A stretch of DNA of 64,000 nt from an uncultured Candidatus Rokubacteria bacterium (GTDB lineage Bacteria; Methylomirabilota; Methylomirabilia; Rokubacteriales; DASRDR01), in the NCBI GenBank assembly GCA_963805625.1, contig CAWDVE010000011.1, forward strand, positions 115,481 to 179,480, in the 5' to 3' direction. The notes beneath the pieces are model-generated. The model was not told where the DNA came from and did no database searches. It saw nothing but the letters and a program-made list of their open reading frames with translations. A program made the position numbers and the translations under genes. This document shows positions 1 through 10,460 of this stretch, piece after piece; the first letter of the stretch is position 1, and each line of letters begins with the position of its first letter.

Positions 1-701
1 GCCTGGCTCTCGTGCTCCATCTGGGTCTCGAGGCTCTCGGTCGTCGAGAGGTGGAGAAGCCGCTTGCCGCGCCCGAGCGCGAGGGTCGGCCCCTGGGCGA
101 GCTCCGCGGCCAGGGCTCGCACCGCGCCGGGGAACTCCGCGTCGGGAACAGCCCGCGTCGCGAGCCCCCACTCCACGGCGTCCTTCGCGGTGAGCACGCG
201 GTTCGTGTAGAAGAGCTCCATCGCCCGGCGGATGCCGCAGAGTCGCGGCAGCCAGTAGGTCGACGACCCGTCCGGCGTGGCGGCGATGCGCGAGTAGGCC
301 ATCGTGAACCGCGCGGACTCGGCGGCGACCACGAGATCGCCCGCCAGCGCGAGCGCCAGCCCGCCGCCGGCGGCCACGCCGTTGACGGCGGTGATCACGG
401 GCTTCGGCGTCCGCACGAGCCGCGAGACCACTCCGTGGATGAACGTCGTCAGCTCCTTGATCAGGATCCCGATGCGCGGCAGGCTCTGTGTGAACTCCTT
501 GACGTCCCCGCCGCCGCAGAAGGCCTTCCCCGCTCCGGTGAGCACGACGCAGCGCACGGCCGGGTCCTCGTCCACCTCGAGCACCGCGCCGAAGAGCTCC
601 CGGCCGAGCGTGAGGCTGAGCGCGTTGTAGGCCTCCGGGCGGTTCAGGGTGATGGTGGCGATACCCTGGGCGACGTCGAGCGTGATGGTTTCGTAGCGCA
701 T
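1..701 (-). CDS. Enoyl-CoA hydratase/isomerase (crotonase) family, 3' end outside window
   Basis: Manual translation from ATG 701: MRYETITLDVAQGIATITLNRPEAYNAL...TGAGKAFCGGGDV...VITAVNGVAAGGGL. Absent from ORF track because it runs off the edge. Confidence 0.9.
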   Translation of the reverse strand, partial: MRYETITLDVAQGIATITLNRPEAYNALSLTLGRELFGAVLEVDEDPAVRCVVLTGAGKAFCGGGDVKEFTQSLPRIGILIKELTTFIHGVVSRLVRTPKPVITAVNGVAAGGGLALALAGDLVVAAESARFTMAYSRIAATPDGSSTYWLPRLCGIRRAMELFYTNRVLTAKDAVEWGLATRAVPDAEFPGAVRALAAELAQGPTLALGRGKRLLHLSTTESLETQMEHESQ

Positions 702-812
702 CGAGTGTCTCTCCCTCTCCGGGGTTTGACCCCGGCGACGGCCGCATTCTGCCACGCGCGCCGAGCCAGCCGCCAGCGTGTGCGCCGGGAGGAACTTCGG
801 TAGAATGAGCGG

Positions 813-1934
813 GTGACCCAGCGCCTCACCTGGTTCGTCGCCGTCATCCTCGTGGCCGCGCTCCTCGTCCTCGGGGGCATCGTCTCGATCCGCGTCGACG
901 TCCACCCGCCGCGCTGGGCGGCCGCCGAGTTCTGGACGAACGCGCCGAAGGACGGACCGCTCCCGCCCGCGTACCAGCTCTGGGTCGACCTCGCCAAGGC
1001 GGCGCGGCCCGCCGTCGTCAACGTCAGCACGCAGGCGCCCATGTCGGATCCGCGTGCCGAGTTCTTTCGCCGCTTCTTCGAGGGCGGGCCTCCCGGCAGC
1101 AGCCCGCGGTCGAGTCTCGGCTCCGGGTTCATCATCTCGTCTGACGGCTACGTCGTGACCAACAACCACGTCGTGGCGAGCGGCGGCGACATCATCGTGC
1201 GCCTCTCGCGGGGCACCGAGCACGCCGCGCGTGTCGTGGGCACCGACCCGCCGACGGACCTCGCCCTGCTGAAGATCGACACCTCGACCCTGGCGGTGCT
1301 CCCCCTGGGCGACTCGGACCGGCTGCAAGTCGGGGAGCCCGTGATGGCGATCGGCAACCCGTTCGGCCTCGACCAGACCGTGACGACCGGGATCGTGAGC
1401 GCCAAGGAGCGGTTCATCGGGAGCGGGCCGTACGACGAGTTCGTCCAGACCGACGCGTCGATCAACCCGGGTAACTCGGGAGGGCCGCTGCTCGACAGCC
1501 GCGGCGCGGTCGTCGGGATCAACAGCGCGATCTTCTCCCAGTCGGGCGGCTCCATCGGGATCGGCTTCGCGATCCCGATCAACCTCGCGAAGACCGTCCT
1601 GCTACAGCTCCGGGACCGAGGCGCGGTTGTCCGCGGCTACCTCGGGGTGGCCGTCCGCCCGGTCACGCCGGAGGCGGCCGAGTCCGCCGGGCTCAAGGAG
1701 CAGAAGGGCGTCGTCATCGAGAACGTCGTCGAGGGCTCTCCGGCCGAGAAGGCGGGCGTCCAGAAGGGCGACGTGATCGTCGCCGTCAACGACCAGGCCG
1801 TCGCCGCGCCGCAGGAGCTCACCCGCCGGATCGTCGGGACCGCGCCCGGCACGCGGGTCGAGCTTTCGCTCGTGCGCAAGGGCAAGCCGCTCAAGCTGCC
1901 CGTCGAGCTCGGCCGCCTCCCCGACCGCCGCTGA
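813..1934 (+). CDS. HtrA/DegP-family serine protease with PDZ domain
   Basis: GSGFIIS, TNNHV, DLALLKI, DASINPGNSGGPL, C-terminal PDZ (GYLGV...SPAEKAGVQKGDVI), N-terminal TM. Confidence 0.95.
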   Translation: MTQRLTWFVAVILVAALLVLGGIVSIRVDVHPPRWAAAEFWTNAPKDGPLPPAYQLWVDLAKAARPAVVNVSTQAPMSDPRAEFFRRFFEGGPPGSSPRSSLGSGFIISSDGYVVTNNHVVASGGDIIVRLSRGTEHAARVVGTDPPTDLALLKIDTSTLAVLPLGDSDRLQVGEPVMAIGNPFGLDQTVTTGIVSAKERFIGSGPYDEFVQTDASINPGNSGGPLLDSRGAVVGINSAIFSQSGGSIGIGFAIPINLAKTVLLQLRDRGAVVRGYLGVAVRPVTPEAAESAGLKEQKGVVIENVVEGSPAEKAGVQKGDVIVAVNDQAVAAPQELTRRIVGTAPGTRVELSLVRKGKPLKLPVELGRLPDRR

Positions 1935-2773
1935 CCCCGTCGCCGACCGGCGCACCGGCACGCGCGTGGCCCGACGCCGCGCGGCAAGCGCCGGGCGCCA
2001 GCCGGGGCACCCCGGCCGCCTCGCGGCCTGTCCGGCCCGCCCGGGCCCGGCCCGCGGTCCACGACGCCGACAAGATCGCCCGCGATCTCGATGTCCGGCG
2101 CGGTCGGCCGGTTGAGTCGCGTCTCGGCCCGCCAGAGCGCGCGCCCGGTCGCCCCGTCGAACGCCTGCACCACCCCGTCGGCGGTAAGGACGGTGATCCG
2201 CCCGCCGCCGACTGCCAGGCACTGGCGGCAGGCCCCGTGGATCGCGTCGGACATCACCGCCGTCCACAGCGACGCCCCCGTGCCGAGCGCGCGCGCCTCG
2301 AGCCGCTCGCGGAACGCGACGAGCACGCGGTCGCTGTCGAGCCACAGGCGCACCAGACCCGCATCCGGCCCCGTCACGCCGTCGAGCGCAAGATCCCAGC
2401 GCGCCTTGTCCGCCGGCGGCAGGGCGATCCTGGTGAGGTACACGCGCGCCCCGCCCGACTACCTCGCCCCCGAGCGGACCACCTCGGCGACCGGCTGGGC
2501 GTTCTCCTGGCTCAGGACGACGGCGCCCTCAGCGAGCGGGAGGACGGCGCCCCGCGCGACCCGTCCGCCTTCGAAGAGGAGCGCCCGGAGCTCCGGCACC
2601 CCGAAGAGCGTGCGGTAGAGCCCGAGCCCGACGCCGCCCACCATGAGGATCGGCAAGCCGATCGCGACCACGATCGCCATCACGAGCCCGAGGCCCCGCA
2701 AGCGGCGCCGGCGACGGGCCGGCGGGCCGCCTGGGCCCCCCGAACCCCCGGTGGTGATGCGGATCACCTGCAC
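1935..2773 (-). pseudogene. Membrane-anchored PQQ-like beta-propeller protein, interrupted
   Basis: TM-bearing N-part (GLVMAIVVAIGLPILMVGG) and propeller part (GVVQAFDGATGRALW) share a frame but are separated by TAG at 2459-2461. The 3' end degenerates. Boundaries approximate. Confidence 0.5.
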
Positions 2774-2799
2774 GCGAGACGCTGGTCTTCGTGACGCCG

Positions 2800-3584
2800 C
2801 CGATGGACGCGTCACGCAGCTCCGCGAGGAATCCGCGGATCGCGGCGTTGACCAGGGCGGGCTGCGCCAGCTGGGGAAAGTGCCCGGCGCCCGGGATCTC
2901 CAGCAGGCGCGCTCCCGGAATCGTCTCCGCGAGGAACCGGCCGTACCGGAGCGGCGTGAGGCGGTCCTCGGTGCCCCGTCACGATGAGCGTGGGCGTCCG
3001 GATCCCGGCGAGGCGGTCCCGGACATCGAACCGGTCGCAGGCGAGGTAGTCGCCAAGCGTCACGAGCGCCACCCCCTCGCGCAGGACGCGATGGACCATC
3101 TCGACGCACTCCCGCGGAGCGGCGGCGCCGAACGAGAGGTCCTGGATGAGGTTCTGCCCTTCCCGGGGGTCTTGGCGCAGGAGGTCCACGATCCGGGCCA
3201 GCACCCGGAGCCGCGCGCCCGTGCCGATGAGGATCAACCCGGCGAGGTCCGCCGGCTGCGCGAGCGCGAGGGTCTGCGCGACGGCGCCACCCATGGAGTG
3301 TCCGACGAGGACCGGCGGTTCGTCGCCGAGCGCCCCGAGAAAGCCGCCGAGCCACTCCGCGTACGCCGCGACGCTGGGCTTGCCTCGACCGCCGAGCGGC
3401 CCCTGACCCGGCCGGTCGGGCGCCACGACCCGCGCGACGTCGGCGAGCCCGTCGAGCTGCGGCTGCCAGAGCTCCGCGGACCCGCCGGCGCCGTGAATCA
3501 GGACGAGCGGCGGGCCTGACCCCGCCTCGAGCCACGCCGCCGGCTGCCCGGTGACGGACCGGGTGCGCCGGGCGGCCCTATCAC
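2800..3584 (-). CDS. Alpha/beta hydrolase (frameshifted, probably sequencing indels)
   Basis: LVLIHGAGGS, GHSMGG nucleophile elbow, PTLIVTG, and GAGHFPQL in a shifted frame. Frameshifts near 3520 and 2975. Ends approximate. Confidence 0.8.
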
Positions 3585-4693
3585 AGGACCGCGCCGCGCG
3601 CGGTGATCGGCCAGAGCGCCTCGACCCGGCCGCCGCGCACCGCGACGTACCAGTCGTACAGGTTGATCGTCGGGTCGCAGTGACCGGGGATCAGCCACAC
3701 GCGGTCGCCGAGCCGGAGGCCCTGGCCCCCGCTCCCGACCCGCAGCACGCCGTGCTCGTCCGACGCCCGCTGGAATTCGACGTCGGCCAGACCGTGGACG
3801 CGGGGCATGCCCTTGTCGACCGAGAGCGCCTTGAGCCCGGCGTCGACCACCGCGCGCTCGGGGGCCGCGCGGCTCATCACCGTCGCCAGGACGAAGAGCG
3901 ACTGCGTGAACTCGCGCGGGAATCCCTCGACGAGGCCGTACTCCACGTCCATGAAACAGTAGGAGCCGGCCTGGACCTCGGTGTAGACGCCGCTCGCGAC
4001 CTCCCAGCGATAGCTGCCCGTCCCCGCCCCCGAGACGGTCTCGCAGGCAAGTCCCTGCCGCTTGAGGAGATCGATGGTCTGCCGCACGTCGGCGATGCCC
4101 GCCTCGATCGCCGCCCGCCGCTTCTCCACCTCGTTGATGTGCTGCGCGCGCCCGTAGTAGGCCTGGAGTCCCGCGAAGCGCAGGCCGCGCTGGGCGGCGA
4201 CGTGTCGGGCCAGCGCGACCGCCGGTTCGCCGGGCAGGACGCCGCAGCGGAGGTTGCCGACGTCGATCTCGACCAGGACGGGCAAGCGCACCCCCGCGGC
4301 GCGCGCCGCCGCGGCGAGGTCGTCGACGTTCCGCGGATCATCGACGCACACGGAGACCTCGGCCTGCCGGGCGAGCCCGACAAGCCGCTCGATCTTGCGC
4401 CGGTCCACGATCTCGTTCGAGACGAGGACGTTCCGCACGCCCCCGGCGACCATGGCCTCAGCCTCGCTCACCTTCTGGCAGCAGGATCCGACGGCGCCCC
4501 GGGCGATCTGGTGAAGCGCGACGATGGGGCACTTGTGGGTCTTCGCGTGACCGCGGAGGCGGACGGGCGTGCCGGCGAGCGAGGCGGCCATCAAGTCCAG
4601 GTTGTGCTCGTAGGCGTCGAGGTCGACGACGAGCGCCGGGGTCTCGATGTCGGAAACGGACATCCCTACGTCGGCGGGCGGACGGGTCGTCAT
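3581..4693 (-). CDS. DSD1-family PLP enzyme (D-threonine aldolase / 3-hydroxy-D-aspartate aldolase-like)
   Basis: ETPALVVDLD, LRGHAKTHK (PLP lysine), SDEHG, PGHCDPTINLYD. Confidence 0.9.
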   Translation of the reverse strand: MTTRPPADVGMSVSDIETPALVVDLDAYEHNLDLMAASLAGTPVRLRGHAKTHKCPIVALHQIARGAVGSCCQKVSEAEAMVAGGVRNVLVSNEIVDRRKIERLVGLARQAEVSVCVDDPRNVDDLAAAARAAGVRLPVLVEIDVGNLRCGVLPGEPAVALARHVAAQRGLRFAGLQAYYGRAQHINEVEKRRAAIEAGIADVRQTIDLLKRQGLACETVSGAGTGSYRWEVASGVYTEVQAGSYCFMDVEYGLVEGFPREFTQSLFVLATVMSRAAPERAVVDAGLKALSVDKGMPRVHGLADVEFQRASDEHGVLRVGSGGQGLRLGDRVWLIPGHCDPTINLYDWYVAVRGGRVEALWPITARGAVL

Positions 4694-4784
4694 GAGGGAA
4701 GCTCCAGGATGAAGGTGACCAGGAGAAGCCGAGGGCCGCGCGGCGACGCGCGGCGGGCGTGGGGACTCGAGCGAGATACCGGGT

Positions 4785-5855
4785 TCACAGGCGCGGGAGC
4801 ACCTCGTCGACGAGGAGCCGCATGGACCGTGTCCATGCCTCGCGCGGCTCCCACTCGTGGCCGATGACGAGGAGCGTCCCGAAGTCGCCCACGTCGGCGC
4901 GGAGGGCGCGGATGCAGCGGACCACCTCGTCGGGATCGCCCACGAGCCAGGTGTTGTCCGCCAGGTACTCGAGCGTGACCGCGCTGTCGGGCATCCCGGG
5001 ATCCTGCTTGAGCATCTCCAGGCCACGCCCCTTCTTGATCAGCGGGAAGAAGTAGCCGGTCCAGTCCCGCGCCATCGGGCCGGCGAGCGCCTGACGGCGC
5101 GCCTCCGCCGTCGTATCGGCGATGAAGACGTCGCGGGCGATGCGCCAGGTCGCGCGATCGGCCACGCGCCCTCCCTGCCGCGCCCCCGCCTCGACCGAGC
5201 TCCAGTGCGTCTTGAGAACGCGGGGCGGCACGAAGTTGATGCTCATGGGGATGTAGCCGCGCTCACCGGCCAGGGCCAGCGTGTCCGACTTCTCGCTGAC
5301 GCCCGCGACGGCGATCTGCGGGTGGGGCCGCTGATAGGGCCGGAGGTGGAGCCGGAGCGCGATGTCCTCCTGCGGCTCCGGGACGCGGAACCGCCAGTGG
5401 GGCGCCTCGTAGATGCCCGGCTTCGGGTCGTTCCAGAGGTCGAGGATCAGATCGAGCGCCGCGCGCGTGACCGTGCGGTGCTCGCCGGCCTTCGCGTCGA
5501 GCTCGAAGAGCTCGAGGTCGCCCGGGAAGCCACCCGAGCCGACGCCCCAAAGGAACCGGCCCTGCGCCATCTGGTCGAGCTGGGCGATGCGCTGGGCCAG
5601 CATCAAGGGGTTGTGGTTCGGGAGGCACGACACGCCGGTCCCCAGCTTCATCCGGCGCGTCACCCCGAGCGCCTGGGCGATGAAGAGGTCGGGGCACGGG
5701 ATATTCTCCCACTCCGCCGTGATGTGCTCGCCGACCCATGCCTCCTCGTAGCCGAGCTGGTCCAGGAAGACGAGCTGCTCGAGGTCGTCGGCCATCGTGA
5801 GGCCGGGATCCGCACCGGGCGGGTGGAGAGGCATCGTGAAGTAGCCGACGTGCAT
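4785..5855 (-). CDS. Luciferase-like (LLM) flavin-dependent monooxygenase
   Basis: GYEEAWVGEH, KLGTGV, AQRIAQLDQMAQGRF, LVGDPDEV. Confidence 0.9.
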   Translation of the reverse strand: MHVGYFTMPLHPPGADPGLTMADDLEQLVFLDQLGYEEAWVGEHITAEWENIPCPDLFIAQALGVTRRMKLGTGVSCLPNHNPLMLAQRIAQLDQMAQGRFLWGVGSGGFPGDLELFELDAKAGEHRTVTRAALDLILDLWNDPKPGIYEAPHWRFRVPEPQEDIALRLHLRPYQRPHPQIAVAGVSEKSDTLALAGERGYIPMSINFVPPRVLKTHWSSVEAGARQGGRVADRATWRIARDVFIADTTAEARRQALAGPMARDWTGYFFPLIKKGRGLEMLKQDPGMPDSAVTLEYLADNTWLVGDPDEVVRCIRALRADVGDFGTLLVIGHEWEPREAWTRSMRLLVDEVLPRL

Positions 5856-6005
5856 CCAGGCCTCCCTGTCGTGCCGAGGGCCGGCTCGGGCCGGCCCAGA
5901 CGTGACCCGGTTAGCCTACCACGGGGCGTCGCGGCCGGCGGGCCGGCGATGTAGACTGATCGGCGGTCCCGATTTCATTTCCCCGAACCAGGAGGAACAA
6001 CCCCG

Positions 6006-7118
6006 ATGTCAGAGACGGGCCGGCTGGCGGCGTGGATGGGCCTGGGCAAGGGCTTCGAGATCCGCGAGTACCCGGTGCCGGATCCCAAGCCCGGCGCGCT
6101 CCTCGTCAAGGTCGCGATCGCGAACGTCTGCGGCTCCGACATGCACTACTGGAAGGGTGAGCAAGATATGGAGAAGCGGGGGCGGAAGCTCCCGCTGAAT
6201 ACCGGCCACGAGCACATGGGCACGGTCTGCCGCCTCGGCGACGGGGTGACAACCGACTCGGCGGGCCAGCCCCTCCGCGAGGGCGACCGCGTCATCTACC
6301 GCTACTTCCTGCCCTGCGGGCGCTGCCGCGCCTGCCTTCGCCGTCAGTTCAAGTCGTGCCCCACACGCCAGTCGAACTGGAGCGTGTCCTGCGACGTGTG
6401 GCCGCATTTCCAGGGGGGGTACGGCGACTACTTTTACCTCGGGCCCAATCACGCGATCTTCCGGATCCCCGACGAGATCACCGACGAGATGGCCGCGGGC
6501 ATCAACTGCGCGTTCACCCAGGTCTATGCGGCCCTCGAGATCGCGGGGTTCAAGGCGGGACGGACGGTCGCGATCCAGGGAGCGGGAGGGCTCGGCGTCT
6601 ACGCGTGCGCCGTCGCTCGCGAGATGGGCGCCGCCAAGGTGATCGTGATCGACGGCGTCGAGGAGCGCCTCGCGCTCGCCCGGGACTTCGGCGCCGACGA
6701 GCTGGTGGACCTCCGCGAGTGCCCGACGCCCGCGGCGCGGATCGAGCGCGTGCTGGAGCTCACGGAGCGGTGGGGGGCCGACGTGGTGATGGAGCTGGTC
6801 GGCAATCCGAACGTCGTCGACGAGGGGCTGCGAATGACGGCGCCCGAGGGCGCGTACCTCGAGGTCGGCAACATCAACGTCGGCTGGGAGACGCGGTTCG
6901 ACCCCTCGTGGATCCTGTTCGGCAACCGCCGGATCATCGGCGTGGCCCACTACGAGGCCGAGCACCTGAAGGCCGCCCTCGACCTCATGATCCGGACACG
7001 CCAGCGATACCCGTACGACCGCATCCTCTCCCACAAGTTCCCGCTCGTCGAGATCAACGAGGCCTTCCGGCAGCAGGAGGACGGCCACGTCACGCGCGGG
7101 GCGATCGTCCCGAACTGA
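6006..7118 (+). CDS. Zinc-dependent alcohol dehydrogenase
   Basis: CGSD, GHE, CGRCRAC...C structural zinc site, GAGGLG. RBS aggagg. Confidence 0.92.
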   Translation: MSETGRLAAWMGLGKGFEIREYPVPDPKPGALLVKVAIANVCGSDMHYWKGEQDMEKRGRKLPLNTGHEHMGTVCRLGDGVTTDSAGQPLREGDRVIYRYFLPCGRCRACLRRQFKSCPTRQSNWSVSCDVWPHFQGGYGDYFYLGPNHAIFRIPDEITDEMAAGINCAFTQVYAALEIAGFKAGRTVAIQGAGGLGVYACAVAREMGAAKVIVIDGVEERLALARDFGADELVDLRECPTPAARIERVLELTERWGADVVMELVGNPNVVDEGLRMTAPEGAYLEVGNINVGWETRFDPSWILFGNRRIIGVAHYEAEHLKAALDLMIRTRQRYPYDRILSHKFPLVEINEAFRQQEDGHVTRGAIVPN

Positions 7119-7413
7119 TCAGCCGCGCCCGGCCGGCACCCCGGCCCGGAAGGGGCGCGCTATACTCGGCCAGCATGGACGGTCCGGTCGCCACGCGCTC
7201 AAGGGCAGCGGCCGGCCCCGGGCCCGAGCATCGGCAAGCCGCAGCCGAGTCGCATCAAAACCTCCTGACGTCGCGGATGGGGATTGCGCGGCGGGAGCGC
7301 CCCGACGGCCTCGCATCTGGCCGTCTCGCCTTGACAGGCGTCGGGCCCCTGGCCCAGACTGATCGCCGCACGTGAACGCCGAATCCGATCTTAGCATGCC
7401 AAAGGAGGGTGTC

Positions 7414-8766
7414 ATGGACGACACTCGGTCCGGCCCGCGCGTCGACGCCGTCTCGCGCCGCACCGTGCTCCGCCTCGGGGGCGCCGCCCTCGCGGGCGCC
7501 GCCACGGGGCCGTTCGTCTTCACACCCGCACGCGCCCAGGGCTTCAACTGGAAGCGCTTCCAGGGGAAGGAGCTGTTCTTCCTCTTCTACAAGCACCCGT
7601 GGGTCGACGAGATGGTGAAGCATGTCCCGGAGTTCGAGTCGATGACCGGGATGAAGGTCAAGCACGAGATCCTGCCCGAGGTCCAGGGCCGCCAGAAGCT
7701 GGTCGTCGAGATGACGGGCGGCTCGGGCGGGGTCGACGGCTTCCACTCGTCCACGCACGTCGAGAAGCGCCGCTTCTGGAAGTCGGGCTGGTACCAGCCG
7801 ATCAACAAGTACCTCGAGGACGCGACATTGACGCCGCCCGACTTCGACTGGAACGACATCCTGCCGGGGGCGAAGCTCGCCGTGCAGCAGCCGGACCAGT
7901 CGATCAGCGGCATCCCGACCTTCGTCGATCCCTTCGTCCTGTTCTACCGGAAGGACCTCTACGACCAGAAGGGATGGAAGGCGCCCAAGACGGTGGCCGA
8001 GATGGAGACCCAGGCGAAGGCGCTCCACGGGCCCCCCGGCATGTACGGCATCGTCTACCGCGGGCTCAAGAACGCGAACGCGACGCCCTGGGCCTACCTG
8101 CTGTACGCGATGGGCGGCGACTACCTCACGAAGGACGGCAAGTCGGCCATCAACACGCCCGAGTGGGCGAAGACCATGGACCTCTACGCGGGCATGCTCC
8201 GCCAGTACGGCCCGCCGGGCGTCGTGAACTTCAACTGGTACGAGTGCTCGGCGGCCTTCATGCAAGGCCAGGTGGGCATCTACTTCGACGGAGTCAACTT
8301 CGCCAACCAGTTCGAGGACCCGGCCAAGTCGAAGATCGCCGGCAAGGTCGCGTACTCGGTCCTACCGGCGGGTCCGGGCGGCCACCACACGTGCACCTTC
8401 ACGAACGCAATGGCCGTGTCCGCCCAGAGCAAGAACAAGGAGGCCGCGTACCTCTTCTGCTGCTGGTCGACGAACAAGCAGAACGCCGTCCGAGAGCTCC
8501 TGGCCGGCGTCGGGGTGGGCCGCGCTTCGACGTGGGCGAACCCCGAGGTCAAGGCGAAGCCGAAGATGCCGCAGAGCTGGTACGACGCGTACCTGGAGTC
8601 GCTCAAGATCGGGAAGCCCGGCCTCCCCGAGATCAACAGCGTCACCGAGTACCGGGACATCATCGGCGTCGCCATCCAGAAGGCGATCGAGGGCATGCCC
8701 TCGGCCCAGGCACTGGCGGAGGCGCACAAGGACTTCCAGGATCTCCTGAACCGCACCGAAAGCTAG
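7414..8766 (+). CDS. Sugar-type (CUT1) ABC substrate-binding protein, Tat-exported
   Basis: SRRTVLRL Tat motif, LFYRKDL, SBP_bac_1-like. RBS aaggagg. Confidence 0.9.
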   Translation: MDDTRSGPRVDAVSRRTVLRLGGAALAGAATGPFVFTPARAQGFNWKRFQGKELFFLFYKHPWVDEMVKHVPEFESMTGMKVKHEILPEVQGRQKLVVEMTGGSGGVDGFHSSTHVEKRRFWKSGWYQPINKYLEDATLTPPDFDWNDILPGAKLAVQQPDQSISGIPTFVDPFVLFYRKDLYDQKGWKAPKTVAEMETQAKALHGPPGMYGIVYRGLKNANATPWAYLLYAMGGDYLTKDGKSAINTPEWAKTMDLYAGMLRQYGPPGVVNFNWYECSAAFMQGQVGIYFDGVNFANQFEDPAKSKIAGKVAYSVLPAGPGGHHTCTFTNAMAVSAQSKNKEAAYLFCCWSTNKQNAVRELLAGVGVGRASTWANPEVKAKPKMPQSWYDAYLESLKIGKPGLPEINSVTEYRDIIGVAIQKAIEGMPSAQALAEAHKDFQDLLNRTES

Positions 8767-8914
8767 GCGCCATCCGGATCTGCTGAGGCGGGTGGCGTCG
8801 GGCTGCTGGCCCGGCCGCGCGAAGTGAGACCCTCGTCAGGGTGACGGAGCGCGGCCGGGCTATAGAGCCCGTCGACAGGACCCGCCGCATCCCGGCCGCC
8901 ATGAGGGAGCACAC

Positions 8915-9613
8915 GTGGCCCGACGGACTCTCGATCCCGCGCTCTTGGCCGAGCTCGCCTCGGTGGACACGCCCACGATCTGCAACGCCATCGAGGCGTT
9001 CAAGCACCGCGACGACAGCGAAGGCTTCATGGGCGCGCGCGTGCGCTGCCTCACCCCCGAGCTCGGCGTGATGGTCGGCTATGCGGTGACCGCGACCTGC
9101 GACAGCATGACGCCGGGCCAGCCGCGCCGGCGCGAGCCGTTCATGGCGCTCTGGGAGACGCTGGCCGCAGCGCCCAAGCCCGCCGTCCTCGTCTTCCAGG
9201 ACGTGAGCCCGGCGGCCACCCACTCGGTGCACCTCGGCGACGTGATGGCGACGATCGGCGCGCGGCTGGGGGCGGTCGGCCTCGTCACCGACGGCGCCGT
9301 GCGCGACCTCGAGGGCATCCGGCCCCTCCGCTTCCACCTCTTCGCGCTCGGCGTGGCGCCGTCCCACGGCACGTTCAACGTTCTCGACGTCGGCGTCCCC
9401 GTCGTTGTCGACGGGGTCCGCATCGCGCCGGGCGACCTCGTGCACGCCGACTCGAACGGCGTCACCACGGTGCCGATCGAGATCGCCGACCGCGTCTACG
9501 CGCAGTGCCGGACGGTCCACGAGCACGAGCGCTCGCTCCGCGAGTACGTGATCGGCAGGGACTTCAGCCTCGAGGGCCTACGCGAGCGGGTCCTCGGCAA
9601 GGCGTCTCACTAG
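8915..9613 (+). CDS. RraA / HMG-CHA aldolase family protein
   Basis: DTPTICNAIE, MVGYAVT, GLVTDGAVRD, PGDLVHADSNGV. Confidence 0.88.
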   Translation: MARRTLDPALLAELASVDTPTICNAIEAFKHRDDSEGFMGARVRCLTPELGVMVGYAVTATCDSMTPGQPRRREPFMALWETLAAAPKPAVLVFQDVSPAATHSVHLGDVMATIGARLGAVGLVTDGAVRDLEGIRPLRFHLFALGVAPSHGTFNVLDVGVPVVVDGVRIAPGDLVHADSNGVTTVPIEIADRVYAQCRTVHEHERSLREYVIGRDFSLEGLRERVLGKASH

Positions 9614-10407
9614 TGGCCGTGCGTAGGCTCGAGAGCCAGGTCGCCATCGTCACCGGCGCGGGGAGCGGCATCGGCCGCGCGACGGCCCTCCTGCTCGGAG
9701 CCGAGGGCGCCACCGTGGTGGTCGCGGGCCGCCGACAGGCGCCGCTCGACGCCCTCGTCGCCGAGATCACCCGCGCGGACGGCCGGGCGGACGCCCGGAC
9801 GACCGACGTCGGTGACCCGGACCAGGCGGCCGCGCTCGCGCGGTGGACCGTCGAGCATCACGGGCGCGTCGACATCCTGGTCAACAACGCGGGGTCCAGC
9901 AGCCGCATCCGCAACGTCCGCTGGGTCGGCCGGGAGGAGTGGGAGCGCGTGTTCGCCGTCAACATGACCGGCGTCTACGCGCTCACCCAGGCCGTGCTGC
10001 CCGACATGATCGCGCGTGGCGGCGGGACGATCGTCACCGTCTCGTCCGCCGCCGCCCTCCGGCCCGGACTTCTCGGGGGCGCGCCCTACGGCGCGGCGAA
10101 GGCCGCCGTCCGGAACCTCATGGGCCACATCCACACGGTGCTCCGCGACAAGGGCATCCGGGCGACGACGATCCTGCCGGCCGAGGTCGACACGCCCATC
10201 CTCGAGAACCGGCCGCTGGTCCCCGACGCGCGCGCCCGCGCCACGATGATGCAGCCCGAGGACGTGGCGGCCGCCATCCTCCTCTGCGTCACGCTGCCGC
10301 CGCGCACCGTCGTCGAGGAGATCGTGCTGAGCCCGACCGTCGCCCGCGACCTGAGCGCCGATCTCGTCGTGGCGCGCGATCTCGGAGGACCCACGGCCGC
10401 GCCCTGA
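9613..10407 (+). CDS. Short-chain dehydrogenase/reductase
   Basis: TGAGSGIG, NNAG, YGAAK. GTG overlaps the upstream TAG. Confidence 0.92.
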   Translation: MAVRRLESQVAIVTGAGSGIGRATALLLGAEGATVVVAGRRQAPLDALVAEITRADGRADARTTDVGDPDQAAALARWTVEHHGRVDILVNNAGSSSRIRNVRWVGREEWERVFAVNMTGVYALTQAVLPDMIARGGGTIVTVSSAAALRPGLLGGAPYGAAKAAVRNLMGHIHTVLRDKGIRATTILPAEVDTPILENRPLVPDARARATMMQPEDVAAAILLCVTLPPRTVVEEIVLSPTVARDLSADLVVARDLGGPTAAP

Positions 10408-10460
10408 CTGGCCCGGCCGGCCGTCGACAACGCCCGGATTCCCAGGCAAAGGAGGACCCG

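Noticed and set aside
2459-2461. In-frame TAG codons (2459, 35761, 44450) as pyrrolysine or amber recoding
   Set aside because: TAG is the normal stop of many genes here, the affected ORFs are degraded in other ways, and no pyl genes are in the window.
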